DNA of 64,000 nucleotides from Candidatus Woesearchaeota archaeon (GTDB lineage: Archaea; Nanobdellota; Nanobdellia; Woesearchaeales; B29-G15): the NCBI GenBank assembly GCA_017610005.1, contig JAFCCU010000005.1, forward strand, positions 4,205 to 68,204. The letters run 5' to 3'. The translations under genes and the position numbers were made by a program. This document shows, piece by piece, positions 57,726 to 64,000 of this stretch. The notes under the pieces are model-generated. The model was not told the origin of the DNA and made no database searches. It worked only from the letters and a program-made list of their open reading frames with translations. Each line of letters opens with the position of its first letter. Positions within the stretch are counted from its first letter, which is position 1.

Positions 57726-57839
57726 TTATGCCTCAATATTGGCTCTCCTCACACCTTGTTGCCAGTAGAATTGATCTACAAAATCGATTTTGGCTTTGTA
57801 TTCATCCCATTCAATATAATTGATTTTTCTAAAAAACAT
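57726..57839 (-). CDS. 37-aa microprotein
   Basis: MFFRKINYIEWDEYKAKIDFVDQFYWQQGVRRANIEA*; GGGGTG SD; starts right after the upstream stop. Confidence 0.5.
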   Translation of the reverse strand: MFFRKINYIEWDEYKAKIDFVDQFYWQQGVRRANIEA

Positions 57840-57956
57840 TTAAGCCACCCCCAGATCTTCTAAATATCCCATCATAAATCCCTCTTCTCCTGCTGAAATT
57901 TCATCATCCTCTAAAAAATTTGTTAAGTGATGCATGGAGTAGATATCTTCTTCCAT
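57840..57956 (-). CDS. 38-aa acidic microprotein
   Basis: MEEDIYSMHHLTNFLEDDEISAGEEGFMMGYLEDLGVA*; GAGGTG SD. Confidence 0.7.
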   Translation of the reverse strand: MEEDIYSMHHLTNFLEDDEISAGEEGFMMGYLEDLGVA

Positions 57957-58033
57957 TAGATAACACCTCTTCTTGTTTGCTCTCTTATGCAATCAAAAAA
58001 TAAACTTTCTATTGTCCCAACCGTTGTATCCAT
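57956..58033 (-). CDS. 25-aa microprotein
   Basis: MDTTVGTIESLFFDCIREQTRRGVI*; GAGGTG SD; TAATG stop/start overlap with the next ORF. Confidence 0.5.
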   Translation of the reverse strand: MDTTVGTIESLFFDCIREQTRRGVI

Positions 58034-58220
58034 TTGATTCACCTCAAATATCTTAATGGCGGGAACTGTTTATAAAGAGTCTTCACCAAGATGTCTTGTG
58101 TCCAGTGGATTTGTCGTCTATGCTAATTAACTGTTTAAGAAAATCTTAGAACTTATTGGTCTTGTTTGTAATCAACATGCGATTGCACAACCTTTATAAG
58201 CGCCCCATTATAATTTCTAT

Positions 58221-58295
58221 ATGGGTAGTAATGATGAGGTGAACACCCTCTGACGCGAGAATGATGAGCGGAAGTAACTACTGAGCTACCCCCAT
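58221..58295 (+). ncRNA. Box C/D methylation-guide sRNA
   Basis: C box ATGATGA 58231-37, D' CTGA 58250-53, C' ATGATGA 58261-67, D CTGA 58281-84, 12- and 13-nt guides, GGGTAG/CTACCC terminal stem, TTTATAA box about 25 nt upstream. Confidence 0.9.
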
Positions 58296-58372
58296 TTTTA
58301 AGTCTGAAGTATAAAGTTAGAAGTACGAAGTTTGCAGTAAATATTTCTCCTGACTCCAAACTCCAGACTATT
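58296..58372. repeat. Two facing heptamer arms between the sRNA and the pan stop
   Basis: TAAGTCT GAAGTAT AAAGTTA GAAGTAC GAAGTTT GCAGTAA, then TGACTCC AAACTCC AGACTA. Confidence 0.85.
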
Positions 58373-59512
58373 CTATCCAAACATTCTCAGATAATCGCTG
58401 CCTTCTCGTTCTTCAGATTCTTGGACTTTCTCAATGGCCTTAACCATATCAGAATGAGTGATGTAGTTTCGTTTTTTTCTTATTGCAAAATAACCTGCTT
58501 CTGTTGCAGTTGCCCTTATTTCTGCCCCTGAGAAGTTTTCCATTTTAGCGACTATTACTTCTTCATCAATGTCTTTAAGGGTCATATTTTTGGTATGGAT
58601 TTTGAAGATTTCCTTTCTCCCTTCTATTTCGGGAAGAGGCACTTCAATTAATCGGTCAAGTCGGCCAGGTCTTAATACTGCTGGATCTAGAATATCGCGT
58701 CTGTTTGTACAACCAATGACTTTTACATCTCCAAGATTTTTAAAGCCGTCAATTTCTGCTAAAAGTTGCATAAATGTTCTTTGTACTTCTCGTTCTCCAC
58801 TTGTACCAATCTCAATCCTTCTGGATGCCAGAGCATCAATTTCATCAATAAAGATTATTGATGGAGCTTTTGCTTTAGCAAGTTCAAAAATTTCTCTAAC
58901 AAGTTTTGCACCTTCGCCGATGAATTTCTGTACAAGTTCTGAAGCTACAATCTCAATAAACGTTGCATGTGTTGAATGCGCTACTGCTTTAGCAAGAAGA
59001 GTTTTCCCAGTTCCCGGTTCACCATATAATAAGATTCCTTTTGGAGGAATAATCCCAATTTTTTCAAAGAGTTTAGGATTTTTCAAGGGAAGCTCAATTA
59101 CTTCTTTTACTTCTCTAATTTGATCCTTTAAACCACCAATCTCTTTGAAAGTTAAAGTAGGTTTTTCAATTATTACAAATTTCTCAACATTAAATTCATG
59201 GTTGCTTTCAATTTTTTTAATAATAGTTAGATTTTTTTGTTCAACTAACACTGATTCTCCTGGCACAAGAGCTAATTCTGGCATTTTATTAACACAGAAT
59301 TGGTTGCCATTTGGAATTTTAATTACAATGCCATCTTTGATAACATTTTTAACTTCACAAACCATTAATGGTTTAGCAGAAAATCTATTAATTTGCTCCC
59401 TCATATGATTAACTGTTTCTCTAAGTATTCTATTTTCCTCTTCTAATTGGGAGTAGGAATAAGCATAACTGTATCCTGCTTTTTCTGTTTCATCTGTTTT
59501 TTCTTCTGACAT
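58373..59512 (-). CDS. pan: Proteasome-activating nucleotidase
   Basis: Coiled coil and OB N-terminus; GEPGTGKT Walker A, IIFIDEID Walker B, EREVQRT, DPAVLRPGRLDR. Confidence 0.96.
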   Translation of the reverse strand: MSEEKTDETEKAGYSYAYSYSQLEEENRILRETVNHMREQINRFSAKPLMVCEVKNVIKDGIVIKIPNGNQFCVNKMPELALVPGESVLVEQKNLTIIKKIESNHEFNVEKFVIIEKPTLTFKEIGGLKDQIREVKEVIELPLKNPKLFEKIGIIPPKGILLYGEPGTGKTLLAKAVAHSTHATFIEIVASELVQKFIGEGAKLVREIFELAKAKAPSIIFIDEIDALASRRIEIGTSGEREVQRTFMQLLAEIDGFKNLGDVKVIGCTNRRDILDPAVLRPGRLDRLIEVPLPEIEGRKEIFKIHTKNMTLKDIDEEVIVAKMENFSGAEIRATATEAGYFAIRKKRNYITHSDMVKAIEKVQESEEREGSDYLRMFG

Positions 59513-59559
59513 TTTTTAAAGGAAGACCCAATGGGTTTAAAAAGGTTATCCAAAAGGTA

Positions 59560-61308
59560 TTAAAAAAGAAGTTTACCTTCTTTCATTAGAATTACCCTCT
59601 TTTTCTTATTTATTGCAGTTATGTTGAGCTTTTGTCTTTTTGCATTAATCACAATATCTGTATGATAGACTGAAGCGCGATCAGCTTCAAAGCCAGACCC
59701 GAGAGCAATATGAATCATGCCTGCAATTTTTTCATTTACAATTAAATAATCACATAAACTTGCTTTTGGATTTGTGTTAATTGCAAATTCTCCAATATTA
59801 TTGAAGTTTCTTTTCTTCATGTTAATTATCTTCTTTGGAGTTGATTTATGCTTTTCTTGTTCTTTAAGCAGTTTCATCCCTTCATCTTTCTTTTTCTTTA
59901 ATTGCTCTAGAATTTTCTTTTCTCCACTAATAACCTTATAATCTCCATTAACTTCAACTACAAGAGGCTTATTTTCATTTAACATATAGCTTTGATCAAG
60001 AGCAATAACTACATCTCCAACAAATTTCCCAATCATTTTTTCAGGAGTAATAAACATCTCTCCTGCAGGGATATTTGCCATTCTACCAAACTTCTTTTTG
60101 GTTATTTTTAATGCCTCAGGATCAATAATGTTTCTTGAATCTCCATCCGACCGCATTGGCTTTCTGCCTTTAGTTATTACTTTAAGTTTTGTTTGACCGC
60201 CTTTTACTTTGATTCCTTCTACTTCTAAATAATCTGCTTCACCTGTTAATTTTTGCAGTTTTTTATTCTTATTTCTCATGCTTAACCAGTCAATGTTATT
60301 TGATTCAATAAAAGAGTCAATGGGCAGAGTTTCAGTAAACCCTATTCGTGTCAATGGGTCTCTTTGTTCCTCGTGAGATTGAGGAGTAAATTCAAGTTTT
60401 AATGCCATCCTAGTTGGGCTTTGCCACCTTGATTTTCTGTTCTTTGTAGGGTATCCGATTCTTTCCCCAAATAGATGCCTTCCACCATATCCCTTGCCAG
60501 AAATGCCAAATATTGCATTAGCAATTTTTATTCTATTAAGCTTCAATGCACTTGATAATTTTTTGAAGGCCATAAATACTGGCTCTTTGATGTTTTTGTC
60601 AAGTTCGCATCCCTTAAGGACTGCAAGTAGATCACTTGTTGGAAATGGTGATGATAATTGTGAGGGTTTTGCACTGCCTCCAGACATACTAGGTTTTCCA
60701 GGACAAGAGTTTATCATTGAACTTGCTATAGCAAAATTATCTAGGTAATCTTCTAAAGGTAATTCAAGAAGCTTTTTTCCAGGAACTAACTCAAAACCAC
60801 AAGCAACAGTTTCGGATTTTTTTAATGCAAAAACACGCTTCCAAACAAGCTTACATGTTTTTGTTAATAGTGCTGCTTTGTATGGTTTAAACCAGGAATA
60901 CTTGTAATCAACAATTTCTTTATTAATTTTGAATCCTTTTTTGGTTGCATAGATCAATTGTGGCTTTTTGAAGTTCTTTTCGAAGTTTGGCACCTTCTTA
61001 GCAACAATTTTGATAAATGAAGCTAATGCAGTGGTTGCTTTATTTTTTACACCTTTTTTAAAGTCAGCATAGCAAGCCCAGATATCATCTAAGATCTCAA
61101 TAACATGTGAATTACCGTTTGGAATCATTACAAGCATTTCCTTGCCCTCTTCATGTGCTGCTTTAGAAAATGGGGCTAAAGAGAAAAATGCCTTTTTATT
61201 AAATCTTGGCATAATAATTATCAATTGTTTTGCCCTTGGTAAGACTTTCTGATAGAATTTAACTTCTGATTCAAACACCTTTTTTTCGTATTTCATTTGA
61301 TTTTTCAT
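59560..61308 (-). CDS. M29-family (thermophilic metallo-) aminopeptidase-like protein
   Basis: NIPAGEMFITP, IGEFAINTNP, EKIAGMIHIALG, HTDIV. Confidence 0.75.
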   Translation of the reverse strand: MKNQMKYEKKVFESEVKFYQKVLPRAKQLIIIMPRFNKKAFFSLAPFSKAAHEEGKEMLVMIPNGNSHVIEILDDIWACYADFKKGVKNKATTALASFIKIVAKKVPNFEKNFKKPQLIYATKKGFKINKEIVDYKYSWFKPYKAALLTKTCKLVWKRVFALKKSETVACGFELVPGKKLLELPLEDYLDNFAIASSMINSCPGKPSMSGGSAKPSQLSSPFPTSDLLAVLKGCELDKNIKEPVFMAFKKLSSALKLNRIKIANAIFGISGKGYGGRHLFGERIGYPTKNRKSRWQSPTRMALKLEFTPQSHEEQRDPLTRIGFTETLPIDSFIESNNIDWLSMRNKNKKLQKLTGEADYLEVEGIKVKGGQTKLKVITKGRKPMRSDGDSRNIIDPEALKITKKKFGRMANIPAGEMFITPEKMIGKFVGDVVIALDQSYMLNENKPLVVEVNGDYKVISGEKKILEQLKKKKDEGMKLLKEQEKHKSTPKKIINMKKRNFNNIGEFAINTNPKASLCDYLIVNEKIAGMIHIALGSGFEADRASVYHTDIVINAKRQKLNITAINKKKRVILMKEGKLLF

Positions 61309-61603
61309 TAACTAAGTGTTTATTAATTTTGCTAAGATTGTAGTATTTTGATTGGCCAATGATTAATACGGTTGCAAACATGACAGTTCCAAAGATATGA
61401 CTAAATTCTGTGAAGAAGTACCCTATGTCAATTAATTTTGTAATGTTTGACAATCTAAGCAAGAAACCTAGAGAGAAGATAGACAGGATTGCAATTAATG
61501 GGATTATTAGTTGTTTGTTTATTTTAAATTGATTTACAAAAAAGTAGAGAAGTATAATAGTTAATATTAATGTGCAAGATATTAGTATTATATTAATAAT
61601 CAT
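61271..61603 (-). CDS. Small three-TM membrane protein
   Basis: Three hydrophobic segments. Confidence 0.55.
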   Translation of the reverse strand: MIINIILISCTLILTIILLYFFVNQFKINKQLIIPLIAILSIFSLGFLLRLSNITKLIDIGYFFTEFSHIFGTVMFATVLIIGQSKYYNLSKINKHLVNEKSNEIRKKGV

Positions 61604-61671
61604 TTTTATATATTATTTAATATACATTTTATAATATAGATAAAGAAGAATACAAATAAAAAGGTTTCGGT

Positions 61672-62109
61672 TCATTCATGATATGGGTAAAAGTTTCCAT
61701 CAATCATTATGTAATGGGCTTCGATGACGCCTTTTGACGCATCAAATTCCCCAACAACCTGAATTGGATCGTTATCTTGGTCTCTAATTTCTTCATTAAT
61801 TGCTTCAACTGTGGTTCGATAGTCTCCTACAGTATATATGCTTCCATAGATACCTCTTGTGACTGGAAGAGAGTAAGATCCACTTTGAATTATAAATACT
61901 GGGCTTAGATCTTTGGTTCCAGGAGAACCTATTGGCTGACCTGTAACAACTACATTCCCATTATTAAAAGATCCTGGATTATTTGCAATTTCCTCTAGGG
62001 TTGTTGCCATATAGGAGGAGGTTTGTGTGCATCCAGATAATGCTAAGATTCCTAATCCTATTGCTGCGATATTTCTGATTTTTCTTGCTAGTCTTTTCAT
62101 TTTAACCAC
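61672..62109 (-). CDS. Putative lipoprotein, OB-fold-like
   Basis: LSGC lipobox-like; TLEEIANNPGSFNNGNVVVTG...VVGEF. Confidence 0.6.
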   Translation of the reverse strand: MVKMKRLARKIRNIAAIGLGILALSGCTQTSSYMATTLEEIANNPGSFNNGNVVVTGQPIGSPGTKDLSPVFIIQSGSYSLPVTRGIYGSIYTVGDYRTTVEAINEEIRDQDNDPIQVVGEFDASKGVIEAHYIMIDGNFYPYHE

Positions 62110-62179
62110 CTAATTTATGTAAGTAAATGATGCTTTTAAATGTAAAAGTAAGAAAAATGCGACTTTGCTGAGAATTTTA

Positions 62180-63682
62180 TTATTTAATTAATGATTTGCC
62201 AGTCATATCGTCAGGAATTGGAATACCCATTATTTCAAGAATTGTTGGGGCAACATCTTTTTGACCACCAGATTTTAAGTCTGAAGTCTGAAGTTTAAAG
62301 TCTGAAGTGACTAGGATGAAATTGATTGGGTTGCTTGAGTGGGCGGGTTTTGGGGTGCCATCTTTGTAGAGTTTTTCTTCGGCTGAGCCGTGGTCTGCTG
62401 TAACTAATAATGTATAGTTGTTATCCAGCGCTGATTTTACAATTCTGCCAGTGCATTCATCTACAACTCCAACACATTTAATTATTGCTTCTTTTACTGC
62501 GCTATGGCCAACTAAATCACAATTTGCTAAGTTGATTAAGATGAAATCATACTTCTGAGATTTGATTTGTTTTTCAGCTTCAACTGTTATTTCATATGCA
62601 CTCATTTCAGGTTTTTCATCATAAGATGGCACTTTTGCAGAAGGAATCATTATTCGTTCTTCTCCTTTATTAGGGTCTTCAATTTGAGAATTGAAAAAAT
62701 AAGTAACGTGGCCATACTTCTCTGTTTCAGCCATCCTTAGTTGTTTTAAACCATGTTCTGCGAGTACATGTCCTAAATTGTTTTTTACAAATTCTTCTTT
62801 GAATGCAACTGGGCACATAAACGTTCTGTCGTAAGAAGTCATTGCCAAATAATTGACTTTTAAGACTTTTCTTTCAAACATATGGAATCCATGAGAGATA
62901 AATGCCCGTGTTAATTGCCTTGGTCTATCTGTTCTGAAGTTGAAGAAGATTACAGAATCTTTATCTTTAATTGGTTGAAAACCGTCAAGGATTGTTGGTT
63001 GTATATAGTAGTCGGTTTTGTCTCCTCTTTTGTAAGCTAAATCAATTGCTTCGTTTGCAGTTTTTGCTTTAAAACCAGTTCCTTCTGTTAACATTTCATA
63101 GGCTTTTTTTGTTCTGTCCCAGTTTTGATCTCGATCCATTGAATAATATCTGCCAATAATAGAAATAATCTTGCCACAATTAAGTTCTTTACATTTATCT
63201 TCAATTATTTTTATATATTTTTTAGCTGATTTTTCAGGCACATCTCTGCCATCAGCAAAGAAATGAATAAAGACTTTCTTTTTTTTCTTGGCAGCTATTT
63301 CAAGCAGAGCTAGCAAGTGATTTGTGTGGGCATGCACGCCTTCATCAGAACAAAGCCCCATTAAATGGAGAGTATCTGACTTATCCATTACCTTTAAAAT
63401 TTGTTCATTTCTAAAAAAAGAGCCATCCTCCATAGCTTTGTTAATTTTCTCATACATCTGCCAAACAATTCTACCTGCCCCTAAATGTAAATGCCCTACT
63501 TCAGAATTGCCTTGAGTGCCTTTTGGCAGACCAACTGCATTTCCAGAAGCTTTATTTTGACAGTGAGGATATTTTGTTAATAGAGAATCAAATACAGGAG
63601 TATTTGCCATATCAATGTAATTTCCTGGCCCTGGAGGTGCAATACCCCACCCATCCTGAACAAGTAAAATTACTTTTTGCAT
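62180..63682 (-). CDS. gpmI: 2,3-bisphosphoglycerate-independent phosphoglycerate mutase (bacterial type)
   Basis: DGWG, VGLP..GNSEVGH, GRYYSMDRD, NFRTDR, AETEKYGHVT, DLVGH, TADHG, DVAPTIL. Confidence 0.97.
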   Translation of the reverse strand: MQKVILLVQDGWGIAPPGPGNYIDMANTPVFDSLLTKYPHCQNKASGNAVGLPKGTQGNSEVGHLHLGAGRIVWQMYEKINKAMEDGSFFRNEQILKVMDKSDTLHLMGLCSDEGVHAHTNHLLALLEIAAKKKKKVFIHFFADGRDVPEKSAKKYIKIIEDKCKELNCGKIISIIGRYYSMDRDQNWDRTKKAYEMLTEGTGFKAKTANEAIDLAYKRGDKTDYYIQPTILDGFQPIKDKDSVIFFNFRTDRPRQLTRAFISHGFHMFERKVLKVNYLAMTSYDRTFMCPVAFKEEFVKNNLGHVLAEHGLKQLRMAETEKYGHVTYFFNSQIEDPNKGEERIMIPSAKVPSYDEKPEMSAYEITVEAEKQIKSQKYDFILINLANCDLVGHSAVKEAIIKCVGVVDECTGRIVKSALDNNYTLLVTADHGSAEEKLYKDGTPKPAHSSNPINFILVTSDFKLQTSDLKSGGQKDVAPTILEIMGIPIPDDMTGKSLIK

Positions 63683-63756
63683 AGGCTTTTGAAAATGTTA
63701 TTGATACTTAAAGGTTTCTAGGAAAGCTTTTATTATCATTTGGATTCTTTGATGAA

Positions 63757-64000
63757 ATGGGGGATAAGTATGAGATCACACCAGAAGTAATAGCAAGAGC
63801 AGAAGCTATGTGGGAACAAGAAAGAATTAAAGATTTAACTCTGGGGGGACTTTTTTCTGGCGGACTTTATTCTTTAATGTCAGCATATGAAGATCATAAA
63901 ACACATATTGAAAGGTACAGGTATTTGGTAACTCAAGACTTAGATACTCCTGAGGCAATTACTGTAAGACAAAATGAAGTTAAAGGAGTGATATGTGGAA
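63757..64000 (+). CDS. Hypothetical protein, truncated by the window end
   Basis: Open frame MGDKYEITPEVIARAEAMW... runs to the edge; not in the ORF track. Confidence 0.5.
   Translation, partial: MGDKYEITPEVIARAEAMWEQERIKDLTLGGLFSGGLYSLMSAYEDHKTHIERYRYLVTQDLDTPEAITVRQNEVKGVICG

Noticed and set aside
58270-58295. Minus strand reads GGGGGTAGCTCAGTAG, like a tRNA 5' end
   Set aside because: No anticodon arm, T-loop or matching acceptor strand; it is the complement of the C/D sRNA 3' end
454-63515. The many 60-185 aa ORFs antisense to or nested in well-supported genes (e.g. 14855-15238, 40017-40574, 58569-59123)
   Set aside because: Shadow frames of real genes with no recognisable motifs

Overview
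64 kb of an AT-rich archaeal chromosome, most likely a DPANN/Woesearchaeota-like lineage (inference from gene content). Archaeal information-processing genes (topA, trmI, pelota, nop5-fibrillarin, dph5, RIO1, dnaG, archease-rtcB, Sua5, PAN, tRNA-Ser) sit beside bacterial-type carbon metabolism (glgP, pyk, malic enzyme, gpmI), two very similar ftsZ paralogues and many secreted or membrane orphans. No integrase, transposase, rRNA or CRISPR array was recognised. The most unusual signals lie outside the ORF track. (1) Two small antisense cargo cassettes follow housekeeping genes and are bounded by a duplicate of that gene's 3' end (77 bp exact; 63 bp at 76% identity, differing largely at synonymous sites). 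(2) A dispersed family of 7-bp tandem arrays with a shared linker motif also appears inside three coding regions. (3) A textbook box C/D sRNA has a D' guide that fits the 23S A-loop U2552. (4) A structured dispersed repeat shows compensatory base changes. (5) A multi-hairpin element has terminal inverted repeats. (6) A coupled operon encodes three microproteins. All family assignments come from motif recognition by eye; no searches were run.
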